A stretch of 64,000 nucleotides of DNA, taken from contig NC_087437.1 of NCBI RefSeq assembly GCF_036321535.1, positions 30,816,001 to 30,880,000 on the forward strand. Reading direction: 5' to 3'. Origin of the DNA: Camelus dromedarius (Eukaryota). A program made the position numbers and the translations under genes. Each line of letters opens with the position of its first letter. Position 1 is the first letter of the stretch. Below, one piece after another: positions 26,425-39,209 of this stretch. The notes below the pieces were generated by a model, which saw only the letters and a program-made list of their open reading frames with translations, did not search any database and was not told the origin of the DNA.

Positions 26425-29139
26425 ATACTTAATTTTAGATATCAGAAGAAAAATAGGAAACATTCCTAAATGCAAAAGTACCCATTTAAAAACGTGCTAA
26501 TATATGTCTTAAGATTAAAGTTCATTAAAGTAACACAATAACATAATTTCTAGTATATGTTAATATAATGTTTTGGAAATCTGGTTCAAAAGGAATGAAC
26601 AACAGTTTAAGATTATTCATCTAAGTGAGGCTAATGTTCATTATTTTTGCATTCTTAATTTCATTTGTGAAATGTTGCAAATAATGACTTGTTTATAAAA
26701 TTTCATCTATAATATTATTCTTAGTGATAGTTTTTGTTCATTATTTGATTTAAGTTAGGGCTTAAGAAACTCTGAAAAAAAACTTTCACCAGAAATTTCA
26801 CTTAATGGTCTCTACAAAAATGTTAAGTGAAAATGAAAAGTTTTCAATTATATACTACTTTAAGAGTTCCAGTTTTCTAAGCAAAAAAAAAAAAAAAAAT
26901 TAATTTGCTTAGTATATTCTCCCAATTTTAATGAACAAAATCTTCATCTAAATTTAAACTCCTTGATATCAGTAGCAAGGGAGAAAAGAATAAGAACAAG
27001 TTAAACAGGTTTCAGTATTGTTTGCATATAAGATTATTTCTAATATCTTTGTGCTTTGAGGATAACAGTGAGAAAGAAGGAAGCAGTGACAGTGAGTCAT
27101 TCAGAGCCTTCATTCAAAGGCTCTCCATTGCTCACATGGATTAAAGAATGAAGCAATAGCTCAGGAGAGGCTTAGCCACTGCCAGAAAAAATATTAAGAA
27201 GTTTTATGAATGCAATTATCATAAATACTGACCATGAGACTATGGACTATTGTTTAGTATTGCTTTGATGCTACAAAACATCCATAGTCTGATATACCAA
27301 CCACTGTAAAGACATTATTACCAAGAATAATCTAAATATTTTATTATTAAGATTTTGGTTAATTTTGATTTATGTATTTTATCTGCAAAAGCATTATGAT
27401 GTATATATGTATGATCAAGATATCAAAACTGATGTTCAAGTTTCATAAACATGATTTTTGTACAAAGACCTATAAGACAAAGTAAATATTCTGAAGTGGC
27501 TACTAGAACTTACCTAGTGCTCCCATAAATGCAAAAATTAAGAGCGTGTAACAATTCACTAGTAATCAAGGATATAATAGGTAGCACCTGAGTGCCTATG
27601 ATGCCAAGGCAAAACACAGGACAGTGCAATAAATCCCAAAATCACTCTCCAAGACAAGCATTATTACCCCTGCTTTATACTCAGTGAAAGAGGATCACAA
27701 ACCAGAAAATGCCAGAGGTGGGATTCAAACTCAGATCTGATTCTAAAACAAGAATATTTTCCATTATACTACCCAGGTGCTCTGATACACCTACTGCAAG
27801 TAGGCTCTCTTTCCTATCAAACAGATACGCCTGAGAACAAAGGTACTTATTTTAGCTCAAATCATGAAGTCTGGAACATTAGATACTTGAGCCTACTTCT
27901 TTACTGGCTCCTTGTATTACCCCTCCCACCTCCATTTCCCATATGGTGGAATGCCAAGGGTATGCAAACCAAACATGGTACATCTTCCTAAAGTTCATTT
28001 TACTCAATAACATTTTCACGAAAAACATATATTACAGAGAAGGCAAAATTTCCAAGAATTTAAAAGACAAAACATTTAATTTCAAAAAAATTTCAGCTTT
28101 CAAGGCTTTGGGCTAGGCCCCCAGACTCTTTGTGGTGTAGGTTCATTCTCTAACACCATCAGAAGTAGAAAAATAAAGCAGCACTGTGTGATACAACCAT
28201 CCTTGGCTCAAACCAGGTTCTCGGTCATACTATGGAAATTAACTTTAGTCCTTCAGAAATCAGTGGCAGGAAAACAAACTTTCAGTTTCTGTTCTAAATA
28301 ACCATCCAGCCTTCCTTTCATCTAGCTTCCAGCACAGCTCTACTTTACAAGTTAGAGCATGAAGAGACTTTAGACACCCATCATTCAGGTCACTGCTCTT
28401 CCACAGCGAAAGATACTGAAATAGAAATATTATGTATCTGGCCCCCAGTTACCAGCTAAGTCTTAGCAAGAAACAAAATTTTTCTTCTCTGTCACAAATC
28501 TCTCCCTTAAGCATTTGCTCAAAATATCTACTGAAGAGCATCCCCAGAAAATGTTATTTTGATTATACAATATAGTCATATCTTATTTGGGGATTGAGTA
28601 AATACAAAGCTAATTCTGAAATCTTCTTAATCCTTTAGTTTTCTGTAGGAAGGTGCCACGTTTGAGATACTTTTTCATTAACCCCAACAACGTCAAGTTT
28701 TCAACCGGGGAGGAAGAGATTGTTTCTTCAATCAAGCACCAGATTAAGCAGCTGTCCGGCTATCAAGAACCATGCTGTCTCAAAACACTAGGCTTAAACT
28801 CAGCCCAGAATGCAAAACTGAAGCTGAGAGGCCAATACATTTAGTGCTCCCATCTCATGCTAATTCTAGGGCCTATATCACTGAACAGATGGAAATGAAT
28901 CACTCTTTCCATTTTTCAAAATACGTTCTGGCCAGGCACAAAAATCTATTTTAATTAAACACAGATAATATGTCTCTACTCTGATGCCATGATAGGAGGT
29001 TCTTGCATTCAGCTTTTGTACAACCTATATCCTGACACCCCTAAATCACTTTTTGTAAGCTGGAAGCTGCATTCAGATTTTTACAAAACAGTTGATAGCA
29101 AACATTTCAAACAAACACATGAAGGTGCAGGGTACATAA

Positions 29140-30180
29140 GAATAGCTAAAATGAAAAATAATGGTAACATGAAATGCTGGTAAGGATGCAGAGAAAATGG
29201 ATCACTCACTTATTGCTAGTAGGAAGATAAAATGACATAGCCAATCTGGAAAAAAACTGGGTAGTTCTTTTCAAAACTAAAAACACACTTACCATAAATC
29301 AGCATTTGTACTCTTGGGTGTTGATCTGAGAGAAAGGAAGGCATATTTTCACACAGCAATAGCCAAAACCTGGAAACTACCCAAATCTCCTTCTGAGGAT
29401 GAGTGGGGAAATACAGTGTGCTATGTCCAGCAAATGGAATACTTCTCAGCAGTAAGAATGAACAAACCATTAATCCATGCAACAACTTGGATGAACCTCA
29501 AAGAGCTTACTGAGTGAAAAAAGCCAATCTCCAAAGGATACATACTGTATGATTTCATTTATGTCACATTTCTAAAATAACATAAAGATGGAAAACAGAT
29601 TAGTGGCTGCCAGGGATTAGGGGTGGACAGGACGAAATGGGTATAGCTATAAAGAGGCAACACAAGAGTCTTGTGGTACAGCTGAATATTTTGATTGTGG
29701 TGGTGGAGGTTATATAAGGCTACACGTGATGAAACTACATAGAGCTACACACCCACACACTTAAATAAGAACACGTACAACTGGTGAAATCTAAATAAGC
29801 TCTATGGATTGTACCAATGTGTATTTCTTGGGGTTTTTTTTCCTTAAGCATAGTTGGTTTACAGGGGCGGGTACAGCTCAAGTGGTAGAGTGCATGCTTA
29901 GCATACACAAGGTACTGGGTTCAATTCCCAGTACCTCCTCTAAACATAAACAAATAAACCTTATTACCTCCCCCCGCAAAATAAATAAAGTTTTTTAAAA
30001 AAAGAATTAAAAAAAAAGTATTGTTGCTTTACAATGTTATGTAAATTTCTTGGCTTTGACATTGTACTACAGTTACATTAGAGGTTAACAACGAAGGCTA
30101 AGGGAAGGGTGCATGGGACTTCCCTAAATATTTCTTTGCAACCTCCTGTGAATCTATAATTATTTTCAAATAAAAAGTTT
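29140..30180 (+). mobile_element. Old L1M 3' portion
   Basis: TGCTGGTAAGGATGCAGAGAAA...CAATAGCCAAAACCTGGAAAC...TGGATGAACCTCAAA...TACTGTATGATTTCATTTAT. Confidence 0.8.
29864..30015 (+). mobile_element. Vic-1-like SINE inside an old L1
   Basis: GGGTACAGCTCAAGTGGTAGAGTGCATGCTTAGC...GGGTTCAATTCCCAGTACCTCC, A-rich tail and imperfect TSD. Confidence 0.88.
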
Positions 30181-31768
30181 TTCAAAATTAATGGGAAATA
30201 TAAGAATGCAAAAGTTCTATGACTGTGCTAGGAATAAGAAATGTAGGTCTCAAATACAAGATAATATAAAATGGTCAAAAAAGATAGAAATCTTTAGGCA
30301 TGTTGAAACCACCTGTACTATAGCTTTGATGACTACTAGACTTCAGCTACTGTGTTTTCAAAAGTGAACGGAAAAAATGAAATTCAAAAAAAATTTCTTA
30401 GATAACACCAAATCAAGGAATAGAGATGCTGGAAAGTATCATCCTATTTGTTGAATATGCACTCCATCCTTAAAAAATGTTTCAATGTGCACACTTACAT
30501 ATAAATTATGTATTTGTGACCTCCTATACTAAGATATTAAATACACCATAAGATATAAAGTCTATATTAAAAAATATGAAATAATAAAAATAATGAAATT
30601 AAAGAACATGAATAAAATTCAAGATTTATCCATTACTGCATCTAGAAGAACAGGTGAAATCAGGAGTTTTATTTTCCACTTTTAAATTTCTAGGAACAGA
30701 ACATCTCCTTGTATTAGGTAAGTCTATTTTGTTTTCTCCAATTAAATTATAGTTTTCATGAATACTATAAATAAAAGTAGGAGACTTCTTATAATAGTGA
30801 GGATCTATGATTCTTTCACTGATATATTTGCATAGTAAAGGCTAATTCAATTGGCCTCCAAATAAATTTCAATAAAATTAGAAGTGAAATTCAGAGTAAG
30901 ACATATGCCAAGAAAAATCAAACAATTTTTTAGCTTCCAGTGTATTTTTTAAAATGACTTTTGTGTACCCCAGCCACAAAAGCAATTCCACAGTTCTTTA
31001 CTGGACAAAGAAAGCACACAGTACCATTTCTCCTTTGCTTTGCTTTAAAAAAGAAAAAAGGCTTTAAGACCTTCCTTCTGGGGTGTGGGCTCCAGGTGTT
31101 AATGTCTAATCTCTCCTGCATCTAGTAGCCCCAGTATTTTCCGCTTGTCTCACTTTACTAGGGCCCCAACATTTGAGAAGTTAACTTGCTCCATTTGTCT
31201 GTATTGAAATGTGAAATCCACCAGACTTATGAACTTGTTCATAAGGCAAAAAGAGAGCAAAACTCAAGGATTTTAGAAATTTTACTTTGTATGAATTACT
31301 CAGGGATTAATTTTAAGGTAATGGATTCATTTAAAAATTTTTGTCTTTTTTTTTGGTGTACAGTTCTATGAATTTTAACACATATATAAGTTCATATCAC
31401 CATAGCCATAAACAAGATACAGAACAGTTCCATCACCGTCCAAAACTCCTTCATGGTATTCATTTATAGTAACCTCCTCCCTCACCCACAAGCCCTAGTA
31501 ACTACTTATCTGTTCTCTATCTCTATAGTTTTATCTTTTGAGAACATAACGGTTTGAAGCATACCTACAGATGTTAAAGAATGTATCACAGCCTATGTCA
31601 GAAAAACTGATGTAGGAATGGGTCAGTTAATTCTGCCCAAATATTAAAGAACATTTCTAGTCACATAAATTATATTAATGAGTACTGCTTCAGGCAAATA
31701 AATTTGTTAATAAATCAGAATTAATGGTCCTGCTCTCTTTCTAATTCATAGTATGAGCATCATGACAC

Positions 31769-31812
31769 TCCCTGGTGGTTTAGTGGTCAGAAATCAGCAC
31801 ACGCTCTCTCTC
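31769..31812 (+). pseudogene. 5' half of a tRNA-Glu (3'-truncated retrocopy)
   Basis: TCCCTGGTGGTTTAGTGGTCAGAAATCAGC matches the tRNA-Glu(CTC) 5' end TCCCTGGTGGTCTAGTGGTTAGGATTCGGC at 25 of 30 positions by eye; similarity ends at the anticodon loop. Confidence 0.6.
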
Positions 31813-33464
31813 AGAGCATGACTGTCTTAAAAATACTGTTTTTACTATTATCTGAACCAATCTGATTACCTTCATACTTAGAGCATTAGTTTTTTTTCAA
31901 AGCATCATTTCCTTTTTCTGACTTACCCCACAAATGTACATGCCTATCTATAAGTAAACTGATTCATAATTTCTAATATGTTTGGTTCCCTTCTCTGCTA
32001 TCAGACTATCCTGCTCCCTGTCTCCAAACCCAAATGTCCTGCTCCCTATCCCAATCACTTCTTCTGTTCATTACTGTTACCACTGCTTACAGAGGAGCAG
32101 GCCTCAACTACTGGTTCTCAGGCTGACTCTGGCCTAAGGACATATTTTATGATTCCAGTGTTTTTTTTAATTAGAAACTAAAAATGGAATTTCCAGCTTC
32201 TCTTGAATACTCCTAAGATCTAGCAACCCTGGGATCCTATTGTCACAAGACAACAATTTATTGGAGCCTTTAGAAGGGTGAGTTTTTCAGGTCATTACTG
32301 TCCCCTTCAATACCTACAGTCTTACACCAATTCATCGTTTTGGTTTGCAAACCTCCATTATAGACTATAAATTCCATGTGAGCAGAGAATTCCCAGGTTT
32401 TATTCATCAAATTACAATACCTATCACATGACCAGCACCAACTAGGCACTCAGTGCTGAGTAAATGAATGACACAGGTCACTTTAAAAACAAAAACAACA
32501 AAAAACCTTGAGTCTGTCACTTCTGGGCATCAGGCATTCTTGGAGCGTGTTGATGTTTTTTAGACAATCGCAGTCAGAGAGCTACTTTTCTCTGGCAGAA
32601 AAGCCCAATCAGCACATATTTAGGTTTTAAGGCTTTCCTTGAGGTTTTTCTTAGCTTCCTACCAAGTGTAGGAAAAACACCAAATAGTCAGGAAACCTTA
32701 GCTGTAGGTATATCTCTACCTCTAACTAGCCAGTTAGTTTCCTGATCAGTTTCCTCATCTAAAGAATGAAGGAAGTGAAATATATGATCTTTTAAAGTCA
32801 TAAAACTTTATGTTCTAATTTCTATGTTCTTCTGGGTTATGCTCATATTTCTCCAAGTTTATAGGGTTGTCTCTTTTTGCTACCAAAGATCCTTGAAAAC
32901 CAAGGGAGCAAGACCAAAAATAGCCCACCTCTGAGTTGAGGACTGTTTTGTATCCCTAAGGTACCAAAAAGCCAATCTTAGCATAGTCAAGATTTTCCTT
33001 CTAAGGGATTCTATTCTCATCCCATCCTTCCTGTTCTACATGTGTTATTCAGACTACTGCTTTCTGTATGGTAAAAACTGTTCTTTCTCAATATATTCTC
33101 TATGTATCTGTAACTCAAAACAAAAGTGTTAATTAAAGAACGTACTTCAGAATTTTAAAAACATTATGCCTCTCTAATTTTCTCATTTTGTAAACATCTG
33201 TCTCAATGTTTGGCTCTTCTTTTATAACCTAAGCAATTGTATTCCCTTCATCATTCTTTCTGTGCTAAGTTCCTTAAAACCATTGTTTTTTCTTAGTTAT
33301 ACTATTACTAGATTCCAAAAAGACCCAAAGCTATAAATGTGATGTGTGCAGTCATTTAAAAAAATGAAAATGCAGTAACTCTTTAACTCTTAACTTATTA
33401 AAATGTTTGAATCAAAACCAGCAGTACACTACAGATATGAAAAGTTCAATCAAAAAGCTATTTT

Positions 33465-33856
33465 GAGGAGTGGACAGCCAGGACTCCAAGATGGTGTCAA
33501 CTGTACTGCTGAAGGAGAAGAGGCTCCTGGATGTCAAATTAGGGCAGCTGCCAAGCTGGATACTGATGTGGGATTTCACCCCACAGGCATTACTGGAGCC
33601 TTTCAAAGAGGTTACTATTGGTATTCCAAGTCTGTCAACGTGAAGAAAGGGAGTGTCGCTGGGCTTTCTATGGTGCAGGCAGCTTACTCGCTTTTCAGCT
33701 ACTCCCTTTGTTACGAGGATAGCGGCTACGCAAGTACCACTGAAGAGGGTGCACTGTACATTCCTGACCATGACCTTTGACCGGCACCCCCAAATCCTTT
33801 CATATCCTTCTAGAGAATTAACACCCAATAAAAGATGACTGGTTAAAAAAAAAAAA
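33465..33856 (+). pseudogene. ATP5MF: Processed pseudogene of ATP synthase subunit f (ATP5MF/ATP5J2) in SLC33A1 intron 1, antisense to the host
   Basis: ATG at 33491: MVSTVLLKEKRLLDVKLGQLPSWILMWDFT, frameshift, PTGITGAFQRGYYWYSKSVNVKKGSVAGLSMVQAAY..., second frameshift, RLRKYH-TGA (33741-33743). Intronless, with AATAAA at 33827-33832, A12 tail at 33845-33856, and flanking repeat AAGCTATTTT at 33455-33464 and 33859-33868. Confidence 0.95.
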
Positions 33857-35730
33857 GTAAGCTATTTTTACAATTTCCTGGAGAACAAAGTTCAAATTCC
33901 ACAGAACAAATAGCTATTCAAAATAATAAACCAGTGTAAATAAAAATTCAATGGCACCAAATCCAATTTTGACCTTCCTATGGGAAAACAGTTCTGGCTA
34001 AGGGAGAATATAGTTAAAATGGCTCCTGAATGCATAATGGCATTCTCTGGAATGATATTTATTAATCAATCTTATATCACACTTAAGAGAAAGCTCTAAT
34101 TTACTTAGCAACTTAGTTTCCATAGTCTCTTCAACCTTGATTTCTCTACTGAGACTTTCCCATGCTAAGTAACACATAATCTTACTAGCCTTTTTTGGTG
34201 ATATGAACAGTCCCAGTACAAAACGAAAAGCAAAACACATAAAAAGCAACAAGGTGCTGATCTGAGGCATACACGAAGTATTTCTAGGCAGAGAATTATC
34301 CACAGAGCAGGAGTGGGATCCCAGAACTCTCAAAGATAAACCTGTCTAGGTGCAAAGCAGTATCTCTCAAATATTCTTGGCCTTAAACCAACTGAGGAAA
34401 AGTACTATTATTTCATCAGTAGTAGTGGCTCACTAGCAGTTTCAAGAGGTAGAAAGGGGTCCTTTATAGGATGTAAGGCTGGGGGAGGGGTGTATACAAT
34501 TTCAGGAGATAATACAGTTGTGTATTACTCTTCCCCACTTTCCCTTCCCTGAATATTATAATGCTTAAACTTCCCTCACCACACACCTACCCCTGACATT
34601 TACCCTATTGGGACTCCCCTAGTACTGGGAAGATGAGAGGACATTTAGCTGGTTAAATTTCAAAAGAAAATCACCTAATTTCATCATCACTACCAGAATG
34701 AAGAATTCTACTATATTCCTGATGTTGGTTATTCTTGACATTGGTAACTTTACTACTGTTTCTGAGTTGTTAGGGAAGTTTTGAAAAAATAAATAACCCA
34801 GAAAACCTTACAGGGCCATGTATTTTACTCATGCAGAAAAAGGGGAAATTTGTAGAACTTACACCCAATTTCCTACTGGATAAACTTCAAACCCTTAAAG
34901 CAACTAAAGAAATTGGTCAACAACCTTTAATTCGGTCACAGCCTACTAATTTGGTCACCTTTCTTTCAGCACCATTTCCTAAAACCAGTCCCCACAACAA
35001 CTGCTTCAGGCACTTTGAACGTTATATATACTGTCCTGGATCTTTTTGTACTTTGCTGCTTCAATGCATTTTCATCTGGTGTTTTACACATTCTGGAATT
35101 CCACGTACCCACTTCAAGAAACCTTATAATTCAACAAGGGCAAATACCCACAATGCGAAGCCTGACTCTCACAAGTTCTTCTTGTGGGCTGGATTCTGCT
35201 TTAATCACAGGAGGCTCTTTGAACTCTGTCACTTGGCCTACTCATTAATGTTTGAAGGAATTAGCCATGTTCCATTTACCAGAAAGCTAGATGAGGGCTC
35301 CTGGTATAAGAGCAGGGGTAGAAATGGACCAGAAAACAAAGAGCTATAAATCTCAATAACAAAACACAAGGAAAATTTTAGAGTCAGGCTGGGTTCATGC
35401 CTTCACACTAGCCAGACTTAGAAAAAATGTGCATCTGAGGCAAGTACCAAGGGATCCCTAGACTCAGGGTTTTGTTTGCTATTACATAACAATGTTTATT
35501 GGATGGGCTGCCTTTCTCTGCTCACTTCAGAATACTGATCAATTATGATTGCTCTAACGTAGTCATTCTGGTTGAAGCTTATTTTAGTAGTAGAGAAAAC
35601 TTACCTCGGGTCATCTCCCTTAAAATGATTTCTAGTAAATTAAATAATGGTTCCTTTCAACATCACACTGTCTCAAAAGGATTCATAAATGTACAATAAA
35701 TTTAACAGCATAATAGTTTAAATACACTAC

Positions 35731-36505
35731 CTGAAAGAGTAACGATTCCCCTGGGTTGAGGCTGAAACCTCAAATATTTGTTACAAAAGTCAGCAGATTC
35801 AAGGGCCAGAAACAAAACATTGCCCAAAAAGTAGCCCGCTGTTTGGCCCACTGAATTGCAAGTAGAAGCATAACCCACGTTTTCCCGGGATAACATAGTT
35901 AACGCCCAACCATCCACAGCGATGTCCTGAGTGGCTGCCAGGAATTCAAACAGAAAGAATGTCACAGTGAGAGCAGCTACATCGGGGGTTCTGCCGTCTG
36001 TATTCCCGAGAAAATGGTCCACCTGAGTGGACAGATATATCATGAAGAGTCCTAGTATATACTGCGTAGGGACAAGCCAAGATTTGCGACGACCGAAGTT
36101 CCTAAAGTAAACCGCATCAACCAACGGGGCCCAGAGCAATTTGAGACTGAAGGGCCAAAAGACAAAACTGAAGAAAGCTTGATCTGTATAGCTAACATTT
36201 TTGCTCTGCAAAATTAGTGGGATGCTTCCCGCCAGGCCCAGTGGAATGCCCTGAAGCACGTAAAGAAAGAGCAACAGCAAAATGCTGCTTAATTCGGCCC
36301 GGCAGCTCTGTGGGGGTTTTGAGAGGTCACTAACATCGACATCCGGCAGAAGAGCTTCTTTGTCCCCTTCCCCGCCCACCAAGTCCGGATGATTATCATC
36401 CCAGGCGCCCGGCGGCAAAGGACCGCTCCTCATATCCAGAGAATGGTTGAAAGTCCCTGGCCGTCGTTGCCGACTGTTGTCCTTGTGGGAGACGGTGGGT
36501 GACAT
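35731..36505 (-). CDS. SLC33A1: SLC33A1 coding exon 1 (775 nt)
   Basis: Translates MSPTVSHKD...LYVLQGIPLGLAGSIPLILQS...WPFSLKLLWAPLVD...AATQDIAVDGWALTMLSRENVGYASTCNSVGQ...GIVTLS, matching AT-1. ATG at 36505; donor CAG|GTAGTG at 35731/35730. Confidence 0.98.
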
Positions 36506-37430
36506 ATCAGGGACGATGCAGAGCCCCGTCTGTGGGATGCCGGGGCTGAGCGTCTTGGATCCGTCCAGTCCCAGGTCCAAGGCTGTCGCTCTGGACCAGG
36601 GTCTCGATGGCTCAGGGAGGGGGACAGGGCTGGGGTTGATAAGGGCGCTTCTTACTGTGACCTGGAGTGCCGAAGCCGGGAGCCAGTCCTTTGGCTGGAG
36701 GCCCAGGCGATGCCCAGGTAGGTGTCCCTTGGAGCGGCGTCAAGGAGCTTGCAGGAGCCCCCCCGGCAGCCGCGCCGGGGTCGAGGCTGTAAGAGGGGGC
36801 CGTGGTGCTGCGGTGGAGACCGGCCCCTAGCTGCGGAGACACCAAACGGCCAGTCCACCGGCGCACCGCCTGCTCTCGCCGCCCCTAATGCGGCAGACAG
36901 CACTTTCTCCACCGGACTCCAGAGGTACCAGATAACTTCCTGCCTCGAGCTTCAGGAAGTGGTCCTGCTCTCAAATGAGTCCTGACCACACCTCCAGAGT
37001 CGGCCAACCAGGACCCGTTCCCGTGGCCGAGTTCGGAAACAACGCTAGATAGGAACCCGAAGCCTCAGTGGCCGGGACCTCACGGGAGGACTTACGCAGG
37101 CACACCGTGCGGCCGGGGCGGGGCGGGGCGCGAGCTCGGGCTCTGTGAGCGCATGCGGCGGTCTGGAAAGCGTGGGCCTTGGTCATTGGGCCCCTGCGGC
37201 CACGTGAGGGCAGTTCAGGCTGGCGTGAGCCTGCCGCCAAGTGTTAATACCGTGCACCCTCTGAAGCCGCGGCGGCCGTGCCAGGGCTCGTCATTAGGCT
37301 GGGGGTGGGCGGTGCCCAAACTCCAGGCTGGGAATTTTTAAATGCCGTGGATTTTGGGGGCCGAGCAGAAACAGAGAGGAAAGACGGAAGTTTACGAAAT
37401 TTCCTTATCAGCAGCCAGGGGCGCTTTGTG
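36280..37430 (-). promoter_or_regulatory. SLC33A1 CpG island, promoter and 5' UTR
   Basis: CpG- and GC-rich. Tandem GC boxes near 37115-37129, NRF1-like GCGCATGCG at 37149-37157, CACGTG at 37201-37206, ETS cores at 36935-36960 and 37384-37391. Confidence 0.88.
37171..37189 (-). promoter_or_regulatory. ER stress response element (ERSE-I, CCAAT-N9-CCACG)
   Basis: Minus strand reads CCAAT-GACCAAGGC-CCACG, an exact match to the consensus. Confidence 0.75.
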
Positions 37431-38669
37431 CCCCCAAAAGGGTGGGAAGAAAAAAAAAAAAAAAGTCCTGGCTAAATTGTGAAGCGTATACCTTACAGTG
37501 TCTACTTATTTGTAGGATGAATGAAACTGCTCGAGGCACTAGGTTTTCTCTGTAGTCGGTTTTTCCAATGTGGTGGAAGAAATTTAGGGGAAATGGAATC
37601 TGGGTAAATAATTACGTTGGGTGGATTGGAATTATGACTCCCTACATCCCTCTATTTTTGAGCCACTGTAAAAAATCTTGTAAGAGCCCAATATTAAAAT
37701 TTTGTTTCATGCTAACTCAACATGTATACGGTATTGAAATGATCACAGGTAAAATAACATTAGGGAACCAAAGCATAATTTGTAATATACAGAAAATACG
37801 TTACCTATAGAAGTTTTATATATAATAAGAGTGTTTTCCATTGGATAACTAATTGAATACTAAAACCAAAAACTTAAAACCTGTAATTAAAGTTAAATGT
37901 ACTCAACCTCACACCATTTAAGAGAGAAAGCATGTTATTGCTGGCCTCCTCCAAATACAAATGTTAAAATAACTGTCCATCTGAAAATTATTCAGAAGAA
38001 AAGATTAGTTTTCTGAAGATGGACATTAAAATTTGAATACAAGGTTACACACTTGTTAAATATAACCTAAAGTTTACACAGGACACCAGACTGTACAAAC
38101 TAGTACATTTCTGAAAAGTAACGATGTAATGTTTCAGGAAAGTTTTTGCAGGAAAGTTTTTTGTAGTTCTTAAGAGAAGTTCCATTTGTGGGCATCAAAG
38201 TTCAGTGCACTTGCTGAGAATTATTTTAAGTACATTTGCATAGCAAGTTACATGTAAATACCTGCTGAACAATGAATTGTGTAATAGAAAGTTTAATACT
38301 AAGCTATGTAAGTGGAAATTATTTCTGTTTCAAGACTGATTTTATAACATTACAAATTCCCACTCATATTCTCAGCATCCATTTAGATTTAAATATTGCA
38401 AAATAGCTTTTTGTGTGATGTGCTCTTTACCTTGCCCTGAAAATCTTGATGTAGTCATGATTAAATTCTATTCAATTTTAGAGAATTTCTTCCATTATTT
38501 TTAAAAAACAGATTGTATAGGTAAACTGAATCTTTTGCTTGTCCAGAAGTTGTAGTTGTTGACGTCCAGCTTCTACTATTACTGATAAGAAAAAGTATTC
38601 ACCTGATTTTTTTTCTTTTCTTGTTCTTTCCATCTGATGCTTGTAAGTTTTTTCTTAATTTCTAGATGT

Positions 38670-39209
38670 GCCCTTCTGGTTATATTCATTATCTATTACT
38701 CCAAAACTTAGCACTTTAAAACAACAAACATTTTATTTCACATTTGCTGTTGGTTAGGAATTCAAGAATAGCATAGCTGGATGGTTCTGGCTTGGTATTT
38801 GTCGTAAGATTGCAGTGAAAAATGTCACCTGGGGCTTCAGTCATCTGAACACTTGACTGGGGCTGGAGAATCCATTTCCAAGATGGCACACTCACATGCC
38901 TGTTGGCAGAAGGCCTCAGTTTGTTGCCATGTGAGTCTCTCTGTAGAGCTGCTTAGGTATCTTTCTGATATGGCAATTGGCTTCCTCTAGAGCAAGTAAT
39001 CTAAAAGAGCACAGAAGTTACAGTTCTTTTAAGACACAAGCTCCAAAGTCACATGCTGTCACTTTATTATTATTTGTTTTAACTTCCACCATACTCTAGT
39101 CATCAGAAGCAAGTCACTAAGTTCAGCCTTCAGTCAAGGAGAATAAAGGTCCACCTCTTGAAGGGAAAAGTATCAAAGGATTTGTAGACATATTTTTACA
39201 CTATCACAA
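38670..39209 (-). mobile_element. MaLR LTR (MLT1 family)
   Basis: CCAAAACTTAGCACTTTAAAACAACA...TTGACTGGGGCTGGAGAATCCATTTCCAAGATGGC motifs. Confidence 0.75.

Noticed and set aside
34831..35349. 172-aa intronic ORF
   Set aside because: No recognisable similarity or exon context, and it is antisense within intron 1; probably chance.
35702..36580. 292-aa ORF taken as the whole protein
   Set aside because: It starts at a TTG and runs into intron 1. The real coding exon is 36505-35731.
37409..37425. Second CTCF-like motif upstream of SLC33A1
   Set aside because: The core is one G short (AGGGGCGC) and the spacing does not fit the consensus.
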